Shown one piece after another: positions 37,547 to 50,965 of a stretch of DNA of 64,000 bases. The stretch comes from Eledone cirrhosa. Its lineage: Eukaryota. The translations under genes and the position numbers were made by a program. Where the stretch lies: the NCBI GenBank assembly GCA_964016885.1, contig OZ024744.1, positions 78,306,001-78,370,000 on the forward strand, written 5' to 3'. The notes under the pieces were generated by a model. The model had not been told where the DNA came from. It made no database searches and saw only the letters and a program-made list of their open reading frames with translations. The first letter of the stretch is position 1. Each line of letters begins with the position of its first letter.

Positions 37547-38571
37547 TTAACCCTTTAGCATTCGCATTAATTTTCAAACGTCATGCTTATCTGTTCACAT
37601 TATATTTTCAGTTAATCATACTCAAGAGGGTTATCAATTTTATTTGTTTGTAATTTTCTTAATTTTCTATGAGCAGACTTGAAATTTTGTCAGTAAATGT
37701 TTAAATATCAATAATTTACAATTATATAATTTTACCTGATTTTTGGTCAAATTTGATTTGTATGGGCAGGTGAAATTAATTAATAGGGGCATTTGAAGCA
37801 TCAACCAGGTGAAAATACTGGTTTAATTTTAAATACGTTGTTTTCAGCAGCATAATACTTGATAATATAAGAATCACTAAACCTTATATCAGTGTTCCAG
37901 TCTTAGAAATTGTTTTACACTGAATATAATATTTATGGTAAAAAATGCTTGCATTTCCGCAGCATCTATCGGTCGCCATAACAGATCGGACTTTCCTCGA
38001 TTTGAAATCTGTTGTTGGGCATATCGATTAATCTCTTCTGCCATAACTTCGAAGAAAGTTTGTGGTAAAAACAAAAAGAAATAATGCAGTGCTTTAGCAT
38101 CGGGAGCTAACGTGTGTTGTGGACCGGTATTTTGAATAAAATCGAGAACATATATTAGTGTGGTATTTTTCAATCATGTTGCTGAAATATTTTCAATGGC
38201 GCCCTGGAGTCTCCTTCGTTTTCACTTTCAAAACAATCACTGTAGGACGAAATTTCAGAAATATAAATCACTAATATTATCGTTTGTTTCTTGTTTATTC
38301 TGAATGTCGTTGTGTGTAAAAAGTTCAGTCGGTATCACTACTTTCATAAGCCATGTTGATACAAAAAAAAAAATTTGTTGCACTTTCAAAGTTAAAAAAA
38401 CACTTGTTGTTTTAAGTTGTTTCACTATGTTAAGTGTTAATTTTCGTGGTAAGAGCCTAATCTCGCAGTAGTCTCGAATTGACGAGATTTTGATGATAGT
38501 TTGTTTATTTTTAGAACGATTTTTTTTTTTAGTTTAGGTGATTTCAGACGGTTTGAACACTAAAGGGTTAA
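37547..38571 (-). mobile_element. piggyBac deletion derivative, ~1.0 kb, carrying the N-terminal part of a PGBD-type transposase
   Basis: TTAA TSDs (37547-50, 38568-71), TIRs CCCTTTAG, acidic start MAYESSDTD (ATG 38354) and ALHYFFLFLP..FFEVMAEEINRYAQQ...WRPIDAAEMQAF, matching the DDE_Tnp_1_7 N-terminal pattern. Confidence 0.9.
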
Positions 38572-39023
38572 TACTTTAATTTCCATTTGTTGTGTGTTTC
38601 GATTGAAACAGTTGCATTTAACATTACATTTGAGGGATAGGGAGTTTCCAGGTTCATAATATACTGCTAATGAATTATTTAATCAAGCATGCCAGTTGTG
38701 TATTTGTATGTGTATCTTATTTTATGCTCTGAAGGATTTCCCAAGCATTGTGGGACACTGATCTTGATTACGCAGACAACTTCGTGATAATTTACAATAA
38801 CTATGCCAATGTTCAATTAGCTATTGAACACCTCAATGTGTGTATAGTCACATGTTGAGATGGAAATCAATATAATGAAGTCGAAGTTACTATCTACTGG
38901 CATGTTACCTTGGGGCAGATGACTATGTTGCTGCAATACCAGTTGTTTGGTATGACAACTTCCTGTAATACCTAATTATCTATGCAAATGACTATTCTGA
39001 TGACCAGCCAGATAGTAAATAAT

Positions 39024-39210
39024 TGTTTCTACTTTAGGCACAAGGCCAGCAATTACCCAGTGCATTACTGGTACTTTATTTTATCGACCCCGTAAGGATG
39101 AAAGGCAAAGTCAACCTCGGCGGGATTTGAACTCGGATCGTAAAGGGATGTAACTATACTGGAAAGCATGGCGTCCGACCCTCTACTGATACTGCCAATC
39201 CACCGCCTTT
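39024..39210 (-). mobile_element. Young full-length tRNA-derived SINE (family A) with 19-bp TSD
   Basis: CAGCCAGATAGTAAATAAT at 39005-39023 and 39211-39229, and B-box GAGTTCAAATCCC. Other pieces at about 6030-6095, 9200-9276, 13980-14135, 53872-54240 and 58660-58760. Confidence 0.92.
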
Positions 39211-39899
39211 CAGCCAGATAGTAAATAATCCTCAACAATTAGTCTTCATGGGCCAAGCTACCTCTGTTTCTTATTGGAATTTGATTAGGCTTAGACCTTG
39301 ACTTTGTAGACTTACTAGTTGATATCAACCCTAGTAGTTATTTCAGGTTATTTTATCGATCTATATTTTCAAACTGAGTTATCAGAAATTATTGAAACAC
39401 AAAACCAGTTTCATAAATAGTGTAAATCTAAGACAATTGTCTTCTGCCCCATTTCTACTACTAAACTCTACTGGTATGGCATGGTCAACTTCAGATACTT
39501 AAAGATATTGAAATGAAATTACACCAAATGACTATGCTTACACAGTTTGTAATTGTGATAGATTATGAAACATTTAGTATAGTGTTAGTGATTCTCTGCT
39601 TACACTATCTAGACATTTATATGGAAGTTTATTATATTTTTGATGCATGTTATCAATCCAGTAAACTTTTTGCTATTTTACTGTGATTTTTGGGTTTTGC
39701 CTTTGAGCAAGATACTGAAATTCATGTTCTACACATAGCTATGTGCCTGAATGAAAATGGAGGCTGTCTTGAGACTGATTGTGCAACCAAATAGGTTGTG
39801 AACTCTGTAAAACTTGTTCACGTGGTTTTGTAAACTTTCTGCAGTGTTTGAGAAAATAACTTATTGTCAGCAAAAAGGTAAAAGTAGAGCCATCCACCA

Positions 39900-40700
39900 T
39901 CTGAGTAGAGGTAGATCATCAGTTGAGGACTTGGATACACATTTCAGGAGCAGCACAAAGATACCAAAAAATGGACTCATCAATTGATCTCCACATGGGT
40001 CTGTCGTTCATTGCCAAGTCCTGGATTTCAATACCAGAATCTCTGGAGATATCAGGATAAGAGAGCTTGCGCCCCCTGTTATTAGTGACTGCTTGTAGTT
40101 TCCAAAGCACTAATAGTGACACAGCCTTGTAGGTGGCATGATGGCAGTGGCCAGCAAATTTTAATCTTCTCTTACGATTGACAGATATGTGTGGGAGGCC
40201 GGCAGATGTCGTCAGCTTATGTTCTGAATGCGCTGAAGCAGGCAAATGTAAATGCCATTAAGGCGCTTTTATTGTTTGGATGAAAGCGTCCAGGTTTCAC
40301 TTCTATATAGCAAGATTGGTTGAATTGTTACTTGGAAGAGTCTGATCTTGATGTGGTTGGAAAGATTTGAGCGCCAAACTCGATCCATCTTGTTGCAAGC
40401 TGACCATGCTTGGGCCTTTCTGGTGGCAAAATCCTTCTCAGTCCATGATCCAGGACACAAGATACTTGAAATCCTCAACTTGCTTGATGATATCACTGTT
40501 GTTGCCTGTACAGTTTGATATGTACTGTTTTACCCTCGTTGAGATGAAGGCCAAGGAGAGCAGCTGCTTCCTAGAGAAATGTCAAACATTGTTGCACATT
40601 TTCTAGGTAATCTGCAAGAAGTGCAATGTCATCATGTCATCTGCAAAGTCTAGGTCAGGGAAATGTTTAGAGGTGTGCCTAGAGCTCATGTGGGGTTTGA
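39900..40700 (-). mobile_element. RTE-clade LINE of a second subfamily (no PHD insert seen), decayed
   Basis: DLDFADD, DFKYL, RKAQAWSACNKMDRVWRSNL...ILLYRSETWTL and RRLKFAGHC. Confidence 0.8.
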
Positions 40701-42343
40701 TGGTTATACCTTTGTTATTGATTTTTTTTTTTTCAATTCAGTCTCTGGCGTAGATCCACCATACTGAAATGTTCAAAGACTAATGTTTAGCCATTTAAAC
40801 GGACAAATATCGAGTAGTATGGATTGTACAGGGACTAAAATAAAAACTAAAAAGAAAAATCAATTTAAACTGCACAGAACTCTGTCACCTCTTTCTGTTC
40901 AAACCGGCCCTAACTGGGCACTTACTCCAATGATAAGGTATTGTTCTCAAAATGAATATCAAATTCTCATAGCTTCGATATCGTGAGATAATTATGCGAG
41001 ATAAAGCCTTTACTGCAAAAATATAATAAATGCTAAAGGGTTAAAAAAAATTCTTTTTTTAATCTGTAAAGAGAAAACCATTGCTGTAACAAGCTAGATA
41101 CTGTTCTGGTGGATTTATTCATTATGACAATGGAGATCCTCTTGTGGAACCAATTAATCTCCTGTGTCTCCAGTTGTTGGTCATTTCAGAAATGGGGGTC
41201 TTTAATACCACTAGCTAAAAAATGTAATTACCTATCAGTTTATATTTTAGTGGGAGGAGGGGGTTGACATCAGCTAAGCAAATATGATTGCATCCTGAAC
41301 CAGGCTTTGCCCAACTATTATGGAAAAGTGGGTTCAATGCAGTTGGGGTGTCAATTATAAATAACTTGCTTGCCAATCATATTGATCTTAACTTGAAACA
41401 GAAATCTTTCTGTTTGGAGGTTACAAGGTATGCTGTGATAAACTTGTGTCAATTTGTGCATTAGAGATATTCAGTTGGTCACTCCAATATTCCCAAGTCA
41501 ACTGGGCTGGAATCATATTGGAAGTTCATGCTCTTGAACTATTTCTTTGTTGCTCATTTTCCTCATTCAACAAGAATTTGCTTTGCCCAGTAACTTTGTC
41601 ACGGGTCCTTGTTTCCAATGAAGAGATGTTGGCAGAATATTGAGTTCTATTCACCAAGTATGTTCTGCAGGTCTGAAGATGTTATATAATGTTAAATTGG
41701 GAGCAGAAAGACAAGAACTCACTCTGGAATATAAACCTAGTCTACTGAAATGTTGGTTTGATAAAGCAGGATTTTTTTTTTTAAGTCAAAATTTGCAATA
41801 GTTCCACTCTAAATGAAGGTTGCATTAAATCTTAAAAGATAAATTTGGGCAGTGATGAATAATATTAAGTTAGATCCCCTCCGATTAGTTAAAAAAAACA
41901 ATGGTCCAACAAAAATAATAATTTTAGATGTTGTTCAAACTAAATAACATATTTAGATTTTAGTCTCGATATATCTTTAAAATAGTGTTCTTTTCCTTGT
42001 AAAAGTTAAGCACTTTTTTCTTTCTTTTTTTATACTTTAAAATGGAAGTATATAAAATATATTCTAAAGTTTGCTTGTAGCAGTTAATTCTAGGGTATGT
42101 AGTCTCTTACAGCTAGTATGTCATTTTTAGTTAATGGAAATTAAGTGATCAGTAAAACTGATGAAATATTGGAATCTTAGAAAAATTATAATTCTATCAA
42201 CTAAATTGTTTATCATTTAACCTCAATTTTTCCTGAAAGAGTTGGACACTATTTTAATGAATTTTTTTTTCTATATTTTTTTAATGGCTTCAGACTATTT
42301 TTTTTATATAGATTCATGCTTTAATTTATTTTATTTTTTACAG

Positions 42344-42487
42344 GTTTATCAGAAGTTGAATCAACACTCGCTCCCCAATGATATGAGTAAACAAGGATTT
42401 ACGCAGCCGACTCGAGTGGCTGCTGCCCCCGGCGTCAGTTCACAACAAAATATGTTTCATCAACAAAATGTAAGATCTCAAACAACC
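42344..42487 (+). CDS. EIF4G: eIF4G-like gene, exon A (ATG 42383: MSKQGFTQPTRVAAAPGVSSQQNMFHQQNVRSQTT)
   Basis: Acceptor TTTTTTACAG| and donor |GTAAGT, phase 0, matching the next exon. Confidence 0.7.
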
Positions 42488-44099
42488 GTAAGTAATTGCA
42501 ACTCTCCTTTCCAGCAACCAGGTGAATCATACAGTGATTCAATTAAGTTTTTAAATATGTCAAGAACTAATTTATTTATAAATCAACTGTAATTTTATTG
42601 TTTATTGCTGTGTGTGTTTCTGTAAATCACTGGAATATTATTCCTTGGAATCTTTTGATTTTGATCAGTTTCTGGTTTTTGCACAACCCTCAGAAATAAT
42701 CTGAATTGAAGTTTAGTACAATTCAATTAGGACAAGTTACTTCAGACTTTTGTCATGTTTTGCTCTCTCCTGTTATCAGAAACACTGACACTTCTGCCTG
42801 ATGTTGTAACTAATAGATACTACCAGCAAATATGTTCCTTGGTCCAGTTAACCCTTTAGCATTTGCATTACTCTATATATACTATTGTATTTTTGTGGTA
42901 AAGACTTTATCTTGCATAATATCAAATCTATGAGATTTTGGTATGAGTGGGCAATTTGAACAGAGAGAGGTGAAAGAATTCTGGCTGGATATGGCCAGTT
43001 TAAAAGAAATGGTTTCTCTCTTGTGCATGGGTCTGCATGTATGTATAATGAACTGATATGGCCATTGTGAAATTGTTTCTAGTTGGTGATTAATTATATT
43101 TATATTTTCTGTTACCTAGCTTTTTTTAATGGTCATTGTTTTTACTCGGGTATCTATTTGTTCATATATTTCTGTTATAGGGATAACAGTATCAGTTGCA
43201 CTATTATTCATCATTCATCTCTGCAATTTATCAAAATAACCCCTAGTCCTGATGTTATGATTTTTCTCTGTTGTTGACGTGTGTACACCATTTGATATGG
43301 TTTATATTGCCCATATACTAATACTCTGTAAAAAAAATTAAAAATATCAATTCTAATTAACTGTTAAGATAAGGCTTCAGTTCAAAAGATTTCATTTGAT
43401 TTCCATTGTGCTACAGTGTTGAAAGCTCTTTATTATGGATATTTTTGTAAAGAAAGCATTTAAATACAAGTTTGAAAGTGGAGGCAACGGAAAGCAGTCT
43501 TGTCAACAAAATTTCTCTACAATTTAAATACACAGCAAGCCTCCGGTTTCTGAGTGGCTAAATGTCAGAACATCCAGGAGTCATGACCTGGATTCAGCCT
43601 GGCTCCTCCCTTAGAGTGTAAGAAATTAAGAGCCAAGACACTCACTCCAGGGGGTGGTAGGGAGGTTCTCTGAAGACTTTTGCTGTCCAGCTCTCCTGAG
43701 AGTTTCTTACCACTATCTAGCATGTAAATAGTCTAAACATAATTTTCTAACTTGTAGTGATCTTGAATTTAAAGGCTGTGTTGACTGATGGTGGTAGTTT
43801 TTTCTCCAAGAAATTATTAAATCTTATTGGCACTTCCTTCCCTTGATGCCTGCCACTGATTACCTCCCTGAATAGCATTGATATTTTGACACTGGTTCTC
43901 TGAAGCAAATAGTGAAAATTGATAATCTAACATGCCCATACAAAAATTGCTCTAGATTTATGAATATAGAAACAAAAATTTTCATTGAAAGTTCAAAATG
44001 TTTTTAATTGGATATTGCGAAAAAAAAAGGTAATTATTTTAATATTCCATTACATTAAATAAACAATTTAGTATCATAAAATATGAACAAATATAAACA

Positions 44100-45142
44100 G
44101 AAATCAAATTAGAAGAATGGTTGGTGAGAGTAGTGTAAGTCATGTACAGAGGAGCTGTCAGTAAAGTGAGAGTAGGAAATGAGTTTAGTGAGGAATTCAA
44201 GGTACAAGTTGTTCTTAAAGGTTCGCTTCTTAGCCCACTACTATTCATTATAGTCCTCCATGCTATAACAGGAGTTTAAGACTCGCTGCACATGAGAATT
44301 TCGTAAACGTAGCCAAAACTAAAGTGTTAGTGATTAGAAGGAAAGATAGGACCCTGATTCCTTCAGGGAAGTGACCTTGCTCAATATGTAGAAAGGGAGT
44401 TGGCATAAACTCTATACAATGTAAATATTGTGTACACGAGAGATGTAGTGGGATAATGAGTAAGCTAACAGGAAGAGAAGACTCTTTTTGTTGAGGATGC
44501 ACAAGAATAACCAGTAATGTAAGCCTATTCCAATCACAGGAAGGACCCATAGAAGTGTTTGATAGTCTCTGCTATCTAGGCAATGCGATTACCAATGTGT
44601 TCTGAGAGTATAATTAGAATAAGGATAGGATGGGAAAAGTTCAGAGCCACTTTACTTTCTCTTGTCCACAAAAGGTTTCTCCCTGCATTCAAAAGGACGA
44701 CTCTATGACGCCTGTGTGTGAAGTGCGATGCTGCATGGTAATGAAATATGGGCTGTGACTGCAGGGAACCTGTGTAGATGGGAAAGAAATGAAGCAACCA
44801 TGCTCCATTGGATGTGCAATGTAAATGAAAGATAGGCAGTTTGGATGAGTTGAAGCTCAGTTAAAAAGGAATTTGAGGTAGTGTGCGGGAGCGAAGACTT
44901 GGTTTAGACATGTGATGCGCATGGACAATAATTGTTGGGTGAAGGAAATTCCAGTGGAAGGAACTCGCAGTAGAGGTAGACCAAGAAAGACCTGGATAGA
45001 GGTTTGGCGAGCTGACCTCAAATCACTAAAACTCAGGCGATGACAAAGTATCGAGACATGGAGAGATGCTGTGCTGATAAAAGACCCGTTCAATCCAAGC
45101 AAGTGTGGAAAGGCGGACATTAAAATGTCAACAATGATGATG
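44100..45142 (+). mobile_element. Decayed RTE LINE (PHD family)
   Basis: EEWLVR...YRGAVSKVRV, PCSICRKGVG..SIQCKYCVH.RC, GRPRKTW and the shared tail. Confidence 0.8.
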
Positions 45143-45180
45143 GTGACATTTGATATTTTGTGTGCTTTTTGTATTAGTTG

Positions 45181-45217
<37 letters not shown>

Positions 45218-46299
45218 ACATCCACTTTTCCCTGCTTGCAAGTGTGGGACTGGAACTGATTCTGGCTTGATTTCTACAGCTGGATGCCCTTCCTAACACC
45301 AGCCTCATTTACAGTGAGTGCTGGGTGCTTTTTTGCCATGGCACCTCCACGACCACTTTGCAGTGGAATGATAGGGGCCCGCAGTCCCTATCATCTCATT
45401 TCTACAGCTGAGTAAACTGGAGCAATGTGAAATAGTGTCTTGCTCAAGGAAACAACACATCACCCGGGCTGAGAATTGAACTCACCTTTCGATTGCAAGG
45501 CCAATGCTCTAACCACTAAGCCATGTGCCTCCATATATATATTATCTTTGTAACTCTGATTTGTTATGCTTTAATCGCTTTGCATGAAAATGTTTATATA
45601 TTTCTGCTATGATATACAAATACAGTAACACCCAATTCAGTTTGCAGCTTCACTGGCAAAGGTGACATGTAATTAGATATACTCTATGTACCCATATATA
45701 AGTCGAGAAGAAGAAAAAAACCATAGTAAAATGTGGGGTCAACTTATATGCAAGGTCAATATTTTTCTGATTTTCACCAACTTCAAATTCTACGTAAATG
45801 AAGTGCCAAAATATTTTTGCATTTCAACATGACGTTCATATTTCCTATTATTTTTGATGCTTTGAAAGCAGTCAGAAATTGTTTTGTTTTTTTTTAAATC
45901 ATTACATAGTGGAGTTGTGAAACAAAAGCTATATTCTAAAGAACACTTAAAACATTTTAAATATCGAGATATATTCTCATAAATATATTTATTCTCCATT
46001 CATGAGAATTTTGAAACTACACCACTTAAATATATGTTGATTACCTGCCTCAGCTTATAAACAAGGTTTGTATTTTTTTACCATTTCTGACATAAAATGG
46101 GGGCTTTGCTTACATTTGAGTATATACAGTACATGAACATTTGACTGCTAGAAACACACAGCTTGAATATTGTGTATAGCTAAGATTGTTAGTTATGTAT
46201 TCACTCTTTTCCTGGCTAACTCCTGCACTCTTTCTCTAATTAGTACTTGTGTTTGTGTTAACATTCACTCAGGATGGGTTGAACAGGGATCCCCCAATC

Positions 46300-47500
46300 A
46301 CTGCCCCTCTTGTTGTTTATGCCATCCTAAGATGGTCTCTGGTGTGATCGCATTACAGAAATGTTAACCTCATCTGCCAGTTTGCATGGCTGAACCAGCG
46401 AAAGTGCTTTTTGAAAAAGAGTAATTGAAGAAAGCAGGGCTGATGGACAAATCTTGGAATTGGACACAGGCAAAAGGTTTCCAAAATTTCCTGCTTGCAT
46501 CAATTCATATATACTTGATATGTTCAATGGTTGATTGAACATGACATAATTATTGCAAAGTCATCAGCATAGTCAAGGTCAGTGGCACTGAAGTCTCATC
46601 TCAGTAATCCAGTCCATGGCATAATTGGAAAGAGAGCACAGTCCAGTCGGACACCCAAATAAATTTCAAAAACTGTGCTCTCTGAGATCTGTAGTATGCT
46701 GCAGTTACATTTAGCAGCTTTATAGGCAGCTTATATGCAATCATGGTGTGTGTTGCACTTGGCAGAATCTAAGATACCAGAAAGTTCCACAAAATGGATG
46801 GGATTTGCTGTTGGTAGCTCCAGCTTTTTCCATAACATTTGTCAAGGTAAACATTTGATTTGCTTAGGTGTGTTGATCATGTTCCTGTTGAAACCATTGT
46901 AGAAAATTAGTGAATATCTTGGCTGATTTATCTGTCAGATTGAGATTGAATGCCCTCGTAGTTACATCACATCAATCTTGTGGAGATTCCGTGTCCCAAA
47001 TCTGTTTGAGCACAGTGTAGCCAGTCATGAAATTAGAACTGATATCAGCAGGCAAACCATCTTCACCCACAACCTTGTTCTTCAGTTTCAGGATAGCTTT
47101 TCACACCACCAAAATAAGTGTATGTGTAAGTGGTAGTTTCTATGCAGTCAGTTAACTAAGTTGGCAAGATATGGGTGTGTTTGAGCAGATTTCAAAATAA
47201 TTACACACTCTGCTGAGACACTCATCTAGGTTCGAGATAATTGTACCTTGAATATCAAGGATCATTTCATTAATAGGTGGATACTCCTTCGTGAGTGATT
47301 TTAGAAGTTAGTACACCTTTTGCAATTCTCCGGCAGAAACTGCAGTTTTAGGCATTTCAAAGCCATCGAAATGGTTAGTTCTAGTTGGTTTTGTTGTTTG
47401 TCAGCTTTGCACGTATCCTACATTAAGGGCCTCTGAGATGGCTTATTGGCCATTAAATGCATGCAGTTTCGCCCATACCAAGTATATGAGCTGTTGGTTT
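46300..47500 (-). mobile_element. Ancient RTE-like LINE relic
   Basis: DLDYADD remnant at about 46560-46580 and KLKNK...GEDG.PAD at about 47040-47095. Confidence 0.5.
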
Positions 47501-48169
47501 CCAATTGAACACCTGACTGTGAAGCCATTATTCAAATACCACGTGACCAGGTGTTCACTGTAATGGTGTTCCTTGTTGGTACAATGACCAGCTTGTAAAC
47601 CTCCAGTGATGGCATTCTCCACTTGCAAGTGCTCTTCAAAAAGAAAATTTAATATATCCTATCATAAGGAAAAGGCAGAACAGATACTAAAAATTACTGG
47701 CCTATTTCTGACTTTTACATAGTCAGCAGTCATGGAGCAAATTATTAGTGAAATTGATCATGTCTCTGAAAGAGAGACATGCCAAAGTACATCCAGAAAA
47801 AAATGTGTGTACGAGTGAGTTAAAAATAAAGGAGAAAGATAGATTGAACGAGAGAAAAAGGTTTTCCCCACTTCTACTTCATTTGAACTTTCAGCCTTTA
47901 TCTTTCTTGAATTTAGGATCCATGGATTATTTTAAATGCTTGGATATCTTACATAAATGTGCATAATTTTTTTCCATGCATGAATAGGTTTGATGAAATT
48001 TTCTTTGTGCAGTATTTCTAGTTAATTGCCCTTCTTGTGGTCTCTCTTGAAACACTTCTACAAGTATACAGAATGACAAAGATCGGGATATAAGTCCATT
48101 AGGCTATAATTTTTTTTTTTTTGTAAAACCAACACCTGGGCAGTATTTCTGAAACTCATAATTTACTGT

Positions 48170-49312
48170 AGGTAGAAAAGGGCACATGCAATTTTTTTTG
48201 TGCCAGGAAGAAGCACCACAGATGCTTTCTTAGTGTGACGAGAAGTTTCTAGCTTTTGTAGATCTGAAGAAGCCTTTGAGAGAGTACTCTGGACTGTTAT
48301 CTACTCCCAGTTTACTTAAGGATTATGAGTTAAATGGATTGTGACAGCAGTGCAAGTCATTACAGAGGAGCTGTCAGTAAACTGAAAGTAGGTAAATTAG
48401 TTTAGTGAGGAATTCAGTGTGCAAATAGGTGTTCATCACAATGCAATTTTCAGCCCAATTCTGTTTATTATAGTTCTTCAGGCTGTAATGGATCTGACTA
48501 TCCTGGGGAAATTATGTATGCTGATTTGGTTCTTATGGCTGAATCTACAGAGGAGCTTAAATTCCAGCTGTGGGAACAATTTAAAATCATAAGTGCTCAG
48601 GATGAACCTAGTAAGAAAGAAAGCAGGGAAATGGCTATGTTGTATGTAGAAAATATGTAGGTAGGAACTTTTATACAGAAGTGTAGGGAGGTTGTAAGCA
48701 GACTAACAAAAATATTAGACTTTGTATGTGGCATATGCACAGGAATAGTGGGTAGTAAGAGCAAAGGTTAAGCATTTTCCTATTTCAGTTAGTTGATAGT
48801 TTGTTACTTAAGTAACCTAATTAGGAGTTGGGGAGGTTGCTCTGAAAGCATAGCTAGAATAAGAATAGGCTGGGAAAAGTTTAGGAAGCTATTGCTTCTG
48901 TTGATAACAAAGAAAGTTTATCTACAGGTGATAGGTAAATTGTACGATACGTTCATGGGAAGTGTGATATGAGGCACAGGATATACAGAAGTTGAAAAGA
49001 AATGAAGCAAGCACAGTCCGTTGGATCAATTTAATGTTAGTGTGCATGAACCATGGAGAAACTGGGTGTAAGAGGAATCAGAAGTACTGTACAAGATAAA
49101 ATTATGCTGGTGTGGACATGTGATGCATATGCATGGTAAATGCTGACTGAAAAGGAAGATTGAGAAAAATCTGGGCAGAGTTGGTTAGAGCTGATCTCAA
49201 AATGCTGATCTTCACAGATGAAAGTATGCTTTTGGTTGAGAGTGGCTGTACTGGAAAATAAACAAGTCCAACTCATGCAAGCATGGAAAATCATGTAAAA
49301 CAATGACAATGA
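48170..49312 (+). mobile_element. Heavily decayed RTE LINE (PHD family)
   Basis: FVDLKKPL, IGVH, MYAD and ARIRIGWEKFRKLL, plus the shared tail CCAACTCATGCAAGCATGGAAAA. Confidence 0.7.
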
Positions 49313-49539
49313 GGTACACAAATATATTGAATCCTTTGACAAGACAAAAAAAAATAATTGTTACCATACATCAATATTGTACTATACAGAAGTAGATCAG
49401 TCTATTGCACTGTATTGTCTGCATGTTAATAATTTGCTCTGCTCTCCTTGATCAAAGCATGTTTATTTGAATTAATTTCTGTTTTAATATTCTACATTAA
49501 CTGATATCATGGTTTTAAAAATATTTTCTATTATTGCAG

Positions 49540-49689
49540 AATTATTTCCCAGGTGCAACAACTCAGAATGTGCAAAATCCGAGAAGTTATTCAATCCCAC
49601 AAAGGGCGCCGGCGCTTATCTATGGATTGCCTGGCTCACCAACAACTCAGTCATATACACCATCTACTATGATGAGCACAAACCAAGTG
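49540..49689 (+). CDS. EIF4G: eIF4G-like exon B (NYFPGATTQ...STMMSTNQV)
   Basis: TTATTGCAG| ... |GTAACT, 150 nt, phase 0/0. Confidence 0.7.
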
Positions 49690-50043
49690 GTAACTGTAAA
49701 GTCACTTTTTAATTATTTAATTTATATATATATATTCAATCTGTTAGACAAATGAAATTTTACTTATTCTTTGAGAAATTACATTAAAATGTATGTTTTT
49801 ATTCAAATTATTTTTGGATGGCCTGGCTTTTATAAGTAAGGCAATTATAGGCCTGAAATATGTTTAAATCATCTAAATAGTAGGAATTTTTGGATATCTT
49901 GAATCTACAGTAAAAGTTAGATAGATTGAAGATTTATGAATTTTGTCATACAAAAATATTAGATATGTTAGAATTTTACATTTGAGGTAGATTCAAATAT
50001 TGTATTAACATCATTCTTTTCAGATTATTGTATTTATAGATGT

Positions 50044-50083
<40 letters not shown>

Positions 50084-50191
50084 TGGAATTGACAATTTTA
50101 TTAGTAAACCAATATTATTATTTTTGTTTGTTTAAAAGGCTTTTTTTTTTAAAATCTTTATTGCACTAATGCAGAAAAATTTTAATTATAG

Positions 50192-50309
50192 TATCCACCT
50201 GGTGGACAGAGGATATCAACGCCACCATTCTCGAGCCAACCTCAGCAACCGTTCCAGATGCCTGCAGCTCCTGCAAGCCAGACATTTTTTCCTCCTACAC
50301 CTAACACAA
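50192..50309 (+). CDS. EIF4G: eIF4G-like exon C (YPPGGQRISTPPFSSQPQQPFQMPAAPASQTFFPPTPNT)
   Basis: TTATAG| ... |GTAAGT, 118 nt, phase 0/1. It is not the frame shown in the ORF track. Confidence 0.75.
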
Positions 50310-50499
50310 GTAAGTGTTACACAATACATCCCTCCCCTCCCCCCTGTGGTTTGCTTATTTACATCATGAAATAAATGCCAATACTATTGAGGCAGTCTAA
50401 ATTCACTCATTTCCTACCTGAATCAAAATATTGAGATACATCTTGATGTGAATTCACCAGGTAATGAATTGTGTACTGGCCATTTCGTTTTTTCTAAGG

Positions 50500-50965
50500 G
50501 GGTATCAACACAGTCATGTGTCCCTCGAATGTTCGGCAAAATGACCTGCCAAACGGTGCCCTGTTTGTATAAGGACCCGCAAATGGAACACCGGAAGACA
50601 TAGACTACATGGGTGGATGTGCAGGTGAAGGTGTGGTGAGGTTAGAAATGAAAGGACAGGTGTGACAGTGGGGCGAAGGCTAGGTGGAATCCTAAGAGGA
50701 AGGGAAGGAACTACGTACCAAGCGATCAGATTACGGATATGCTTAAAGGCAGTGATGGGTGGGCTTGGAAAAAACGAAGTGCTGGAGTCAGAGGGGAGGG
50801 GGTCCGGTAGGTGTGTGCTGGGTGGGAGGAGGTGAAATCGATGGAGGTAGTGTGGCCAAGAAATTGGACACGAGTTGAAGGTGAGGGCAGGATGAAAAGA
50901 CTAGCCAAAAGAAAGTCAAACTGTTCATGGGAGAAAGAGATGGCGTCAATACAACTCTAGTGTTT
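50500..50965 (-). mobile_element. Penelope-like element relic (GIY-YIG endonuclease region)
   Basis: Minus strand HTFTCTSTHVVY...QTGHRLAGHFAEHSRD resembles the PLE pattern FTCxSxNVVY...YIGQTGRRLxxRFxEH. Confidence 0.75.

Noticed and set aside
45071-45259. ORF with a poly-His run
   Set aside because: The run is the reverse complement of a SINE (GAT)n tail.
50169-50369. ORF-track protein MQKNFNYS...
   Set aside because: Wrong frame. The spliced frame YPPGGQR... is the one consistent with the flanking exon phases.
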